From Octopus vulgaris (Eukaryota), in NCBI GenBank assembly GCA_951406725.2, contig OX597816.1, positions 59,334,001 to 59,398,000 on the forward strand: a DNA stretch of 64,000 bases. The letters are read 5' to 3'. The position numbers and the translations under genes were made by a program. Shown here in pieces: positions 40,860 through 53,384 of the stretch. The notes beneath the pieces were generated by a model that did no database searches, was not told the DNA's origin, and saw only the letters and a list, made by a program, of their open reading frames with translations. Within the stretch, counting starts at the first letter, position 1. Every line of letters begins with the position of its first letter.

Positions 40860-40945
40860 CGGTTAGGATAAGGGTTTTAGGGTTAGTGCTCAGGGGTTAG
40901 GGTTAGGGTTTTAGGGTTAGAATTTTAGGGTTAGGGTTAAGGTTA
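40860..40945 (+). repeat. Degenerate interstitial (TTAGGG)n
   Basis: Several ttaggg / ggttag units. Confidence 0.75.
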
Positions 40946-42048
40946 ATGTTGGGGAAAAAAGTAAAAATTGAAGAGTTTGGTTGGGGAAGGGGAGCAGATT
41001 TTCACAATGCAGATTTTGGGCAATTTTCCGGAACCTCCGTATCCGAAAACGGGGGGTTTTGGCAAAAAATTGTTTTAAATAAACAAATTTGGGAGAAAAT
41101 GGGGGTGGAGTGTTCCAAAAAGGGCAATCAAAATTTCGAAAAAAATTTAAATATTAAAGAATTGGGGATGTTGGGGAGGGAATTAAAAATTTTGAAAACG
41201 TTGGAATTTTGCATATTCGGAATCTCTGTTATCGAAAACATAGGAATCCGGTGAAAAAAAAATTGGAAAGGTTGGCTAAGGGGTGGATTGACTCTCCTCC
41301 AGTTCCACCAAAAAATTTTAGATTCATTTATTTTGCGTTTGAGTAATAGAGAAAGGTTATTAAAAAAAATCCGATGTATCATGGTGAGAAACGAATTCAT
41401 AAATATGATGTTGAATATAGTTTCACTATAGAAAAAAGTTAAAGGGGATTTAGTTGTTGTTTTTAGTACATCTCCACTGTTGAGATCTTTTTTAAAATCT
41501 TTTTCTAGTACTCAAACAAAAACTAAATGAATCTACAAGTTTTTTGGTGGGTTTTTTTTTCAAACTTTTTTCCTTTACTCAAGCAAAATAAAAATGGTTA
41601 ATGTTTAATAATTTTTGAATTTCTTTCTCTTCGAAAGTCCTCCCACCACACCTCAGGAAAAACTTTTCCCTCAAATTTCTTTATAATCATAATCTATGCC
41701 GTTTGAAAGGTTTTTATATAAAAATTTCATTAAAACATATCCATTTTCCTAAAGTTATTGAGGAGAAAAATCGGATTGTGTGAATCTTCCGAAAGTCCTG
41801 TGCCCCACCCCTTCAGAAAAAACTTTTCCTCTTTTTTTTTTTGTAATCTTCCATGTTTAAAGCATACAAATCCACAATCCATGCACCAGGATCAAACTCA
41901 AAACTACATATAGTGAAGTGGATTTGTTTACCATACAGCTATGACTGCAACATAAGGATATGTTCTCAATGTTTATAAATTTAATAATTAAAAATGTTGC
42001 TTCATTCATGTTATAATTGGTAACAGAAGGTTATAAAAGAAAATACTG

Positions 42049-42738
42049 AGCTCTTTTCCTTTTGAACGGCAGTTTTCAACACAATTTCTAGTTAACTAAA
42101 CACTTTTAAACTTCGTATACTGGTAGAATGTGTCAAAATAAAACATTTTTTTCTCTTTGCTTTCTTGAGAAAATTGTAATTTGTAAGTTTAACGTAGTTT
42201 AATTTTTCGAATTTTAACCAATCAATGGCCTCTATTGAGCTAAAATCATTTGCTGCATCTAAAACTGAGACAACACCCTGTCACTAACCCAAACCCTAAA
42301 TTTTAGTCTTTCGTTTTTTTTTCTTAATTGTTAAATTAATTTAATTGTTATGCGTGTGTCTAAATTACTCGTTTTGTTTTTGTTTTGAGTTTTTGCTTTC
42401 GTTTTAGCCTTTTGTTTTTTTTTTTAATTAATTGTTAAATTAATTTAAGGATAACAATTAAGAAAAAAAAACAACGAAAGGCTAAAATTTAGGGTTAGGG
42501 TTAGTGACAGGATGTTGTCTCAGTTTTAGACGCAGCAAATGATTTTAGCTCAATAGAGGCCATTGATTGGTTAAAATTCGAAAAATTAAACTACGTTAAA
42601 CTTACAAATTACAATTTTCTCAAGAAAGCCAAGAGAAAAAGTGTTTTATTTTGACACATTCTACCAGTATACAAAGTTTAAAAGTGTTTAGTTAACTAGA
42701 AATTGTGTTGAAAACTGCCGTTCAAAAGGAAAAGATCC
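42049..42738. mobile_element. Second copy of the palindromic foldback element
   Basis: Same TIR as 31217; about 290-bp near-perfect arms; TSD aaatactg / aaataccg (one CpG-type transition). Confidence 0.88.
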
Positions 42739-42925
42739 AAATACCGACACATCAGTAGTGTTCCTTCTTGAGGACATGATATATTACAAAATACACTTAT
42801 AGGTTTAAAATCAATTCTGTGTTTGTACATTAGTAAAACTTTATTAAATACAATGTGCAACTGTAAACGGTTGGCTTTTGGGGCGGGGGGGATGGAGAAG
42901 ATGCTTTCACAGATAAGACAAATTA

Positions 42926-43447
42926 CAGTTAACACACAGTTTAGGGGGTCGAAACAAATGAAAGTAAATTGACCGGAAGTGACGACATGATATCTCATAA
43001 TTTGTGAAATCCTTCGACATGACATCTCTAATTGGTAAAATCCTTTAATTTTATAAACGAAATTCCCTTATTATGCCATATTTGCAGATACATACTTGCA
43101 TAGTACCTTCTAGTGATGTCAAGTATATTAGAAATAACGAAGTTACCCCGGTCCAATGTATTATATCCAGCAACGAACCACTAAGAAAGCAAATCGGCGG
43201 TTTGCTTGTATGTCGATGCATGACAGCCATCGCAGCTACACATGTTCAATGCAATAATCTTGTATGACTACTGAGCCATACATAAGGATTTGATAGGAAA
43301 TGATGATGTTGTTTCTGTTGATTCTCGTTCTATATATTGGTTGTGTAACATAAACTGCTTACATGAAATTATCAGATGCCACTGTCGTCACTTCTGGTCA
43401 TTTTTACTTTCACTTTGTTTTAAATCCCTAAACTGCATTTCAACCGG
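42926..43447. mobile_element. MITE with ~75-bp imperfect TIRs
   Basis: cagtttagggg...gaaagtaaattgaccggaagtgacgaca is inverted at 43384-43435 (tgtcgtcacttctggtcatttttactttc...ccctaaactg). Confidence 0.65.
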
Positions 43448-43505
43448 CAACAAATCTGAATAACCGTTTATATATCTAATTTAAATTTTGGTTTGATTTA
43501 TCTTG

Positions 43506-43821
43506 TTAAACTCCCTTATGATGGTCTGTAGGACTATGATGAAGAGGAGTGGACTAAGGACTGAATGCTGATGGACTGCTACCTCCATGTTCTTTCATTT
43601 TTGCTAAGTTTACCTTGAGGCCTCTTGATTCTACATTTAGCTTCTACATCTGGAATTTCCTCTCTAATTTGCTTATAGATTTAGCTATGAGAACTAGATT
43701 GTCAGCAATATAAGAGTTCCTATGATCAGCCAGTCTTAAACTCCCTTATGATGGAATGTAGGACTATGATGAAGAGGAGAGGACTAAGGACTGAGTACTG
43801 ATGGACTGCTACCTCCATGTT
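43506..43821 (+). repeat. 86-bp direct repeat pair separated by ~145 bp
   Basis: ttaaactcccttatgatgg...gatggactgctacctccatgtt at 43506-43591 and 43736-43821, with 4 mismatches by eye. Confidence 0.85.
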
Positions 43822-45224
43822 AAATTCATCACTGAACTCGTCATTGACTCTCACTTTACTTACAGCATCTCTGTACATAGCTTGTTTAACTTACACAAAC
43901 CATTCATTTACACCCAGTTTCCTCAGTGACCACCAAATTACTGAGCAGGGTACTCTGTCAAATGATTTCTCCAGATCAATGAAAGCCAGGAATAATGGGT
44001 TATTCTAAGCCAGGTATTTCTCCTGCAATTGCCTCACTTGGAAGATTGCACCTGTGTTACCTCCTCCCACAACATATCCCCAATACACACTCCCTCCATC
44101 TCTGTCTGCGTTTTACACCTCCATCCACCTACCACTCTCTTTTTGTAATATATATATATATATTGTACACAATATCCACAATTACAGACCAACACTTTTT
44201 TACACAGATGTCCTCATCCATACACATCACATGACCATACCAGTGCAGTCTTCCCTCTTGCACACCACATCTGATGCATCACAGAGCCAATTTTTCTCTT
44301 AAAACACACTCTGTCATATATGCGCACTGACATTGCATATCTAGCAGAGTATGCAGGTTTCATTTCTTTCAAGCCTTCTCAGCAGTCACAACTGTCCATA
44401 GATTGGCTTGCAGAGATACACTTGCTAGGCAAGTGACTAGAACTGGGGCCATGTGTTGAAGCTAAAACAATCACAGCCTGGAAGAGACATTCTAAAACAC
44501 GGTGACCCTGTCACAGTTAATGCACTGAAAATTTTGACACCAAAACCTAATGTTTAAGTGAAGCTAACAGTCTTTGAATGTCTTTTATGTGTCTTCCATG
44601 CTGTAATTGTGTGTGCGAGTGGGGTCTGTATCATCATCATCATCATTATAATCATCACCATCAACACCGTTGTTTAATGTCTGTTTTCCACGTTGGCATG
44701 GGTTGGACGGTCTGACAGGAGTTGGCCAGTCAGAGAGCTGCACCAGGCTCCAGTTGTCTGTTTTGGCATGGTTTCTACTGTTGGATGCCCTTCCTAATGC
44801 CAACCACTTTCTACAGTGTACTTGGCCCTTTTTACATGCCACCTACACAAGTGCATTTATGTAGTGCTGGTACTAGTGCATCTTATGTGACACTGTTGCG
44901 GGTGCCTTTTATGTAGCACTGCCACCAGCAAGACAAGGATCTCTCAGCTGGGAGAGGGAGTTGGGGCATGGCCATAAAGGATATTCCTGTATGTATGGAT
45001 GGCCACAATTTCTTCTCAAGTACAGCAAATTGCCACAAGCCCCAATCCCTTGTCATTTCCTCAGTGAGGAAATGACAAGAGGTTAGGGCTTTACTCAACC
45101 CTTCATCCCCTGTCTACCCATTCCACAGTTTACTTCCACAATTAGAGATGTATATGTGTGTGTGTGTGTGTGTGTGTGCGTGCGTGTGTATATGTATGTA
45201 AGCATGTATATATATATATATATA

Positions 45225-45749
45225 CGTCTCCGATGAAGGAATATTATTATTAATTAATATCCTAGAAACAGCTGTAAGACCTTCTATTTATAAATGCTCT
45301 AATATCTATACAGCCTTGGTTTTTTTTATCTCATTACACAAAAAATTCATATACACACACGCTGACATAGAACCAACGTTGAACCTTTTATTTGCAATAT
45401 TACTGAATCTGGAATTTAACTATGGTCTGTCTATAGCACTTATTCAGCATTACCTGACACCTTTGGGTCTTAACGACACCATTATCTCTTATAACCTCAA
45501 CTTCTTGCTAATATAAGCACTTATCCCAGGAAAAGCTTCAGTAATGGATAATCAATTCCTTGGCATTTCTCTTAAAGGCACACCTATTCCTTCACTGAAG
45601 ACTTTCCTAAATTTTCCTCTCACACCGTCTCCGATGAAGGGATATTATTATTAATTAATATCCTAGAAACAGCTGTAAGACCTTCTATCTATAAATGCTC
45701 TAATATCTATACAGCCTTAGTTTTTTTTATCTCATTACACAAAAAATTC

Positions 45750-45752
<3 letters not shown>
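45225..45752 (+). mobile_element. Penelope-like element 3' end with tandem pseudo-LTRs, each holding a minimal hammerhead motif
   Basis: About 125-bp direct repeats at 45225-45350 and 45627-45752. The spacer encodes ...IQHYLTPLGLND, resembling the GIY-YIG C-terminal T..P.GLN motif of PLEs. Confidence 0.7.
45627..45681 (+). ncRNA. Minimal type I hammerhead ribozyme motif, variant core (second copy at 45226-45280)
   Basis: gtct-CCGATGA-[ggatatta...taatatcc stem II]-GAAAC-agct-GTA-agac: stem I gtct/agac, palindromic acagctgt stem III, GUA triplet. Confidence 0.65.
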
Positions 45753-45784
<32 letters not shown>

Positions 45785-46165
45785 TATATATATATACACA
45801 TATCACATACTTACACATATATATACACATATCACATACTTATACATATATATACACATATATATGTATGTATATATACCTGTAGCACATAAAAGCACCC
45901 ATTACAGTCTTAGAGTGGTTGGCATTAGGAAGGGCATCCAGCTATAGAAAACCAAACCAAATCAGACTGGAGTCTGGTGCAGCCCCTCAGCTTAACAACA
46001 CTAGTAAAACTGTCCAATCCATGCCAACATGGATAACAGACATTAAATGATGATGATGATGATATATATATATACATCATCATCATCATTATCGTTTAAC
46101 GTCTGTTTTCCATGCTAGCATGGGTTGGAATATATATATGTGTGTGTGTGTGTTTGATATATATA

Positions 46166-47130
46166 CAGGGGTTGGACAAAATAATGGAAGCACCTTAAAA
46201 TTTCAAACAAATTTATTTTAATATGGGGTAGGACCGCCTTTGGCAGTAATTAGTTATAGACTTGTACAAAGTTTGAATTGTTTCCAAAGGAATTTTTGTC
46301 CATTCTTCAGCTAAAAAAGTCTCCAGCTCTTGTAGAAAACCATTGTGCTGGTGGATTTCCAAGATATAGCCCCCAGATCTTCACAGATCCTCTTCCATGT
46401 TCAACAGTTGGAAGAAGGCAGTCTGGGTCAGATGCTTCTTTTCACTGTCTCCACACGTATACTTGGCCGGTGGTCAGAGATAAGGTAAAGGATGACTCGT
46501 CCAAGAAAATAACATTCTTCCATTGCTCTAGGGACCAATTCTGTAGGTTTTACTGCATCCAAATGCTTTGCAAAGTTTGTTTTTGAAAGCAGTGGTTTTC
46601 TGATTGCAGCCCTCCCTTGAAATCCAGCTTTCTGCAGAACAGTTTTTGTGGAAACTGGGTTCTCAAGGAGGTCATTAAGCTCTGCAGTAATTTTGGGAGC
46701 TGTATTTTTGTGATCCTTTCTAAGAATACGTGTAAGAGTCCAATGGTCCCTATCTGAAAGTTTGGTTTTCTTCTGGAGTTTGTTTCGACGAGAAGGCTTT
46801 TCCCTCTTTCTCAAAGGTTATCATTACTTTCAATACAGTACTTTTTGATACACCAAACATTTTGGCTGTTTTCATAACACTGGCACCTGCCATACGAGCA
46901 CCAACAATTTGACTTCTTTGAAAGTTTGATAGATCTGTCAGTTTAATGAATTTTAATCACCTTTTTCTGATGATATTTGAAAAGAAACAGCAATTTTAGC
47001 AAAACACATTAAGCAACACTAATAATAAATCAAAAAACATAAAAATAAACAAGCTTTTGACAGTTTTATAGACATTTCAGAATTATGATACTATGATGCT
47101 AGGTGTTTCCATTATTTTGTCCAACCCTTG
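46166..47130 (-). mobile_element. Internally deleted Tc1 transposon
   Basis: TA TSD; TIRs caggggttggacaaaataatggaagcacc / ggtgtttccattattttgtccaacccttg. Frameshifted paired-like HTH (LSNFQRSQIVGARMAGAS...KLSDRD...TAPKITAELN...GRAAIRKPLLSK). Confidence 0.9.
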
Positions 47131-47159
47131 TAGATGTGTGTGTGTGTGTGTGTGTGTGT

Positions 47160-47565
47160 ATTCTTTTACTCTTTTACTTGTTTCAGTCATTTGACTGCAG
47201 CCATGCTGGAGCACCACCTTTAGTTGAACAAATCAACCCCAGGACTTATTCTTTGTAAGCCTAGTACTTATACTATCAGTTTTTTTTGCTGGACCGCAAA
47301 GTTACAGGGATGTAAACACACCAGCATCGGTTGTCAAGCAATGGTAGGCAGACAAACAGACACACAAATATTCATACATGTATATATGTATATGTATACG
47401 ACAGGCTTCTTCTTTCAGTTTCCGTCTACCAAATCCACTGACAAGGCTTTGGTTGGCCCAAGGCTATAGTAGAAAACACTTGCCTAAGGTGTCACACAGT
47501 GAGACTGAACCCAGAACCATGTGGTTGGGTAGCAAACGTTTTACCATACAGCCACTCCTGTGCCT
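47160..47565 (-). mobile_element. tRNA SINE
   Basis: Same family as 13155. Confidence 0.85.
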
Positions 47566-48151
47566 GTATACATATGCATATATAGACATTTTATGCACAC
47601 TATACTATGAATCAGAAGGCCTGAAATACATTTAAATATCAGAAAAAACCCAGCTGTGAAAGAAATATAACAATGGAGACATATTTTCTCTTCACTTTTG
47701 ATATACAAAAAGACAACTAAGAGATGGGAGTGCCCTGACTGACCATCCCATAGCTTGTTGACTGTTCCTCAGGGAAGTAGCCAGTTTCTTTCCTTTGTTC
47801 ATAGCATAAAATATTCATCTTTTATATAAAGCAGTCCTAAATTAGGCTAATACCAGAAGGGAACCAGACATATCTCTTCTGAGGAGCAGCTAAGTGTAAA
47901 AATGGTCCATCAGGCGATTGCTCTCCTTATTTCTTGAACATCAAAAGCATAGACAGTATGTGTTTACATGCTCATATTTCTGTCACTGCCAGGCATTCTA
48001 ACACACACACACACATGCATGCCTACATATTGGTGTCCCAAATTCCAGAGTCGGGACAAATAGGTGCCCATATACTAGGTAACAGAGTGGGAATATTATT
48101 ATTTATATAATATGATAATCCCAAGAATCCCTAATTACAAAATGGTTCCTC

Positions 48152-48219
48152 TGTGTGTGTGTGTGTGCACGTCTCTGCTCGGCTGTCTATCTATTTATCT
48201 GTCTGGCTATCTATCTATC

Positions 48220-48291
<72 letters not shown>

Positions 48292-48392
48292 GTCTCTCTC
48301 TCTCTCTCTATCTATCTGTGTGTGTGTCCGTCTATCTATATCTGTCTGTCTGTCTATCTATCTGTCTAGAGAGGGAGAGAGAGAGAGAGAGA
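48152..48392. repeat. Compound microsatellite (TG)n-(TATC)n-(GA)n
   Basis: Direct reading. Confidence 0.95.
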
Positions 48393-48399
48393 GGGACGG

Positions 48400-50250
48400 A
48401 GATTCTATAAGGAACTTTAATATCCGACACATTTCCTTCCTTTTAAATTTTACTGAATAGGAGAGTTACGGTATTTGTCCCCAAAATTGTTATAAAATAT
48501 TTGTACGTTGACCCCTGAAAATATTTTGTTTCCGGGTCAACATCACGACATCATCATTTATTTGTCTGACAATAAACTGTTTCGTTTAATTAAAAAAGAT
48601 TTCATTCAGCATAAACCAAACACTCTTGATAAATAAATAAATAAATAAATAAAAACAAACATATAAAAACGGTATATTTTATTTTTCTTTCGTAATCTTA
48701 TCTCAGAGTGATACTATTTATAATGATATCAAATATCAGAAGTCTGGATTTCCAGTTGAGATTTAAACAACAGCATTGGGTATATGTATATATCATTCGT
48801 GGATGGTTAATTAACGCTAGAGAGAGGGTGGAAATGGGTGAAGAATCGTTGATGCTTGTCTTGTATACACTTATGCTATAAAGGAATTGAAACAATTCCA
48901 ATAATGTAATCAAAATAAACTTCGGAGTGTTCTCAACTCGCTGGAAACCTGCGTCGTTCGATGGTGCTGTCCTTCCTTGAAAAAATATTCCAAAATTTTC
49001 CGTCACCTCTCGAACAATTTGCCGAAGCAAATGTACCCATCTATCGTTGTATAAATCACCACAACCCCACCCCTCCGGCATTAGTCATAGGGAGACAGAC
49101 TGGAGTTTTGGAAAGGAATCCAGACAGTAGTTTACGTCTCCAGGGAAGTTCTGACTCAGCCCCATTCAATAAAGGGCATTAACTCTTGAGCAGGTGCTCT
49201 GCCTAATTGGATATTAATTTACATATTTTTATGGTGTCTGTAATGTTTAAACCGGTGATATTTAGTGGCCGGTGGTTGTATTACTAGATGTTATTTACTA
49301 CTGGAGGTTTGGTATCGTAGTCTCTTCCTCCACCACCCTCATTAAGTATCTTACACCCCTACCCACTTCATTCTCGGTCGACAATACGAAACGTGATACA
49401 CTCACATACTAATATTATATTCGGACACCTACGGTAACGGATTTATTTTATTTTTCTATCCTCCGCCGTCACCACTAACTCAACAATTCAATGAAGGCCC
49501 ACATAGTGTTAATCTACTGATAAATAAAGCTTCGTAACAACCTCGGTGACAAAGCCTCGGAGTGGCTTCGCATCTGGTTACTAACCACAAACAGCCCGGC
49601 TTAACATCAATAAACAAACATCGACCGACATTTCGATAAACGACTCAGAGATCCTAGAAGGGGGCAAAAGATCGCTGCAAAAAAGTTTCCAGACTCGCCT
49701 TGATCTTCGCAGAGAGCATGGCAGAAACTACAGAAGATAAGAAGGAACCAGAGACTAAACGAGCTGCCCACACATACCCACTTATACGAGTAAGTCGCAG
49801 ATTTTTGATTACGATAACGTTCTTATCTAACTCCATTTACATTCATAAATCTCTGATTAGATTCCCGAACTTTAATGTTTTTCATTATACGTTCTGCCTA
49901 ATTAGCTATAAAGCTTTATACCTAATTAATTATAATTATAATGTTGTTACTCAGCGTACCGGCAAGTTAAATCAGTGATCTGGGTTCGCTCACCACCCGC
50001 TTAAAGCTGTTTCATTTACATTTTAAAATGCATGAACGTCACACAATCTCATTTTCCCTTATCCTAAATGTGAAACTTTGGGTCTATGTAAGGAATCAAT
50101 ACGTTTTAATTTAATTTTAAAAAAAAATCGTTTGACTGACGACACTCGGATATTAAAGACCCGAGTTTTTTTTTCTCTCTTTTAACGTGGAAGTGTGTGT
50201 TATATTGAAATGCTAAACTCGACGAATTTACCTCACTTCCCGGTTTCGAT
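48400..50250. promoter_or_regulatory. CpG-retaining promoter island around DNAL4 exon 1, possibly bidirectional
   Basis: Abrupt rise in CpG and absence of TEs around the start codon at 49718. Confidence 0.6.
49718..49789 (+). CDS. DNAL4: Dynein axonemal light chain 4, first coding exon (24 aa)
   Basis: MAETTEDKKEPETKRAAHTYPLIR followed by a phase-0 donor GTAAGT; good Kozak context (agcATGG). Matches my recollection of the human DNAL4 N-terminus MGETEGKKDEADYKRLQTFPLVR|HSDM. I did not find exon 2 downstream in the window. Confidence 0.85.
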
Positions 50251-50728
50251 TCCTGGTTGGAACAACATCATTTCATTAAAGATTTAACCCTTAAAAAAAT
50301 CTGACACAAGAACACAAATTTTGATGGACAGGCAATGAACAACTGCTCCTTTGTATATGACTGGTATAGATTTTCATGATCCTGGGAGAATAAGAAACGA
50401 AATTGATTTTGACAAGATTTGTTCTCAAAAAGCAAAGGACCATTCTAAATATAACCTTTCCTAGATAATAATAATAATAATAATAATCACTTCTAGTTTG
50501 GCACATGGCCTGAGATTTTGAAGTGTACCAGTTGAACACTGTGGTCGATTATATCAACCCCAGTGTTCAACTGGTACATTTTTGTATCGGCCCTGGAAAG
50601 ACAAATGACAAAGTTGACCTCAGCAGGATTTGATCTCAGAATGTAAAGAGCAGGAAGAAATGCTACTTAGCCTTTTGCTCAAAGTGTTAACGATTTTGCC
50701 AGCTTGCTGTTTTAATAATAATAATAAG

Positions 50729-51045
50729 AGCACTTAGAGAGCACAAACCCCCACCAAGGCAACACCAATGTCCTCTCAAAGATTAGTCAGGGATGATTTT
50801 TAAAATGAGAATATCTGAAAGAAACTCGACTGCTCTCAAAAATTAAGTAAAAAAACAGGAAAAATAATCCAGAATCCTTGTGCAGCATCGGATTAATCCC
50901 AAAATCTAATTAGTTCATACCAGTCATGAGGTCAAACATCCCTGAAAGTTTCATCCGAATCCATCCTGTGGTTCTTGAGATATCTTGTCCACAAACAAAC
51001 AAACACGACTGAAAACAATACCTCTGCCTTCACTAAGGTAGAGGT
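50729..51045. mobile_element. Helentron/DINE-like non-autonomous element
   Basis: Terminal hairpin acctctgcctt-cact-aaggtagaggt; related motif acccccaccaaggc near the other end; inserted in an (AAT)n run. Confidence 0.45.
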
Positions 51046-51751
51046 AATAATAATAATGATGATGATGACGATGATTTCTTTTATTAGCCAGTGGGGCATA
51101 GATGAGGAGGACATCACAAGGACAGTCTACAATTTATGTGGAAGTTTGCATAAAAGATGAGGGGAAGGAAAAGGGATAGATGGTGAAATGAGATAAAAAA
51201 TATACATGGTATACAGAAAATATGATAGCATGATTGATTTAGTCCTTCTGATATAGAAGAACTTCCAATTAGGGCCAATCAAGGAACCCCAGAAATCCAG
51301 GATTACCCTCACCACCAAAGCACGAGCCCACATCCAACCGTTGTTCTCCACTCTACAGAGGCATACTTAAAGTAGGGCCATTCACTCTAACCCTTTTTCA
51401 CAAATTTCTTCTTAACCCTCATTTTCCTTTCCAAATGGAACTTAGAAAAAGTCAATGAGGGCTTAAGATAAAGTACTAATCAAGCCCTGCTGTTATTGTC
51501 ATCCATTTACACTCTTCCCTCAAGACTGCCGGTCTTGTACCAAAATTTATTATTATTAATATTATTATTATTTTCATTAGCATCTTGTTTCAATTCTGTT
51601 TCCATTTCTTGCTGAGTGCCTGCCTGACACCTAGGGCAGAGAAACGCACTGTAGACATTGGTAGGCCATTAAAACAACCACACTAAATTGTTTATTTACA
51701 GAATCATGTGATAGAGAAAAAGGAAAAAATAAAAGTAGAAAAGTAAACAAA

Positions 51752-52395
51752 TAGGTGCAGGAGTGGCTGTGTGGTAAGTAGCTTGCTTACCAACCACATG
51801 GTTTTGGGTTCAGTCCCTCTGCTTGGCAACTTGGGCAAGTGTCTTCTACTATAGCGTCAGGCAGACCAAAGCCTTGTGAGTGGATTTGGTACACGGAAAC
51901 TGAAAGAAGCCCGTCATATATATATAGGTGCAGGACTGGCTGTGTTGTAAGTAGCTTGCTTACCAACCACATGGTTCTGGGTTCAGTCCCACTGCGTGGC
52001 TCCTTGAGCAAGTGTCTTCTACTATAGCCTTGGGCTTACCGAAGCCTTGTGAGTGGATTGGTAGGTGGAAACTGAAAGAAGCCTGTCGTATATGTGTGTG
52101 TGTGTGTGTGTATGTGTGTGTATCTGTATCCCCCACCAACATCGCTTGACAACCGATGTTGGTGTGTTTACATCCCCATAACTTAGCAGTTCAGCAAAAC
52201 ACACCGATAGAATAAGTACTAGACTTACAAAGAATAAGTCCTGGAGTCGATCTGTTCGACTTCAGTCGAACAGAACGACTCCATGACTTCTTCTTCTTCT
52301 TATTATTATTATTCGACTTCAGTCGAACAGATCGACTACAGGACTTATTCTTTGGTCAAATGACTGAAACAAGCAAGAGAATAAAAGAAAAGAAT
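51752..52395 (+). mobile_element. tRNA SINE with tandemly duplicated 5' half and a rearranged tail
   Basis: Head taggtgcagga(g/c)tggctgtg occurs at 51752 and 51926; palindromic rearrangement at 52229-52353. Confidence 0.85.
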
Positions 52396-52627
52396 AAAAT
52401 AAAATTAAAGCAGTAAGGAAAGAAAATTCACAGCAACAATGCTCTTCTCAATATTTCATCTGTCTTTACATTCTGAGTAGACTTTGCCTTTCAACCTTTT
52501 GGGGTCAATATAATAAGTACCAGTTATGCACTGGGATCAATATAATTGTCTAGTCCCCATCCCCCAAAATTTTCAAGGCCTTGAGCCTTGAGTAGAAATA
52601 ATAATAATAATAATTATTATTATTATT

Positions 52628-53338
52628 GCCTTTGCACAGCTTCTAACGCTGGAGATGTACTATGGTGTCAGCTGTTCACTACCAGTGAACTAAAGTAACA
52701 CCTCTTATTTTTCAAGCACCTTCTGGAGTATTCGAGCAGTTCCAAGCAGTGCTGTTTTCTGCAAGTGCTCCACCCTTATTGTAGCCCCTATTTGTTGCAT
52801 GTACTTCTTGAGTTTTTACTCACTGTTCCCAGGTCTCCAACAATTATTGGTACTACTACCACCTTTTTCATCGACCACAACTGCTTAACTTTCCAAGCTA
52901 ACCTGTTATATCTCTCGACTTTTCTTTCTTCCTTATCACATACCTTGTTGTCAGCGAGACATGCTATATCTATGATCCAGCAGAGTTTGCTTTCTTTCTC
53001 AATTAAGACTACGTCCGGCTTCCTATTCTTTACCTCATGGTCACACTGAATCATAAATACCACAGGATCTTTGCATTATACCACCTTTTTCATCGACCAC
53101 AACTGCTTAACTTCCCAAGCTAACCTGTTATATCTCTCGACTTTTCTTTCTTCCTTATAGCATACCTTGTTGTCAGCGGGACATGCTATATCTATGATCC
53201 AGCAAAGTTTGCTTTCTTTCTCAATTAAGACTATGTCCGGTTTCCTATTCTTTATCTCATGGTTGCACTGAATCATAAAATACCACAGGATCTTTGCTTT
53301 ATCATTTTCGATGATGCTTTTGGGTTTGTCATCATACC
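52628..53338 (-). pseudogene. 3' fragment of an RLE-type (R4/Dong-like) non-LTR retrotransposon with an internal ~220-bp tandem duplication
   Basis: RKPDIVLIEKESKLCWIIDIACPAD...KVERYNRL...VVVVPIIVGDLG (PD..D/E restriction-like endonuclease), present twice; (TAA)n on both sides. Confidence 0.85.
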
Positions 53339-53339
53339 A

Positions 53340-53384
<45 letters not shown>

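Larger units (their letters stand above)
36900..41830. repeat. Nested large inverted-repeat complex built from ~160-bp subunits
   Basis: Outer arms 36915-37270 / 41550-41830 and inner arms 38225-38730 / 39430-39900 are reverse complements. Shared unit aactttaggaaaatggatatc...atacctttcaaatggcatagattacgattata. Confidence 0.75.

Noticed and set aside
40860-40945. Telomere or chromosome fusion site
   Set aside because: Short, degenerate, single orientation and inside a repeat complex.
48112-48460. IYLS-repeat ORFs (and similar IYIY, CVCV, LSLS ORFs elsewhere)
   Set aside because: Translations of microsatellites.
48698-49081. 127-aa ORF upstream of DNAL4
   Set aside because: No recognisable domain or splice context; likely a chance ORF in GC-richer promoter DNA, though not excluded.
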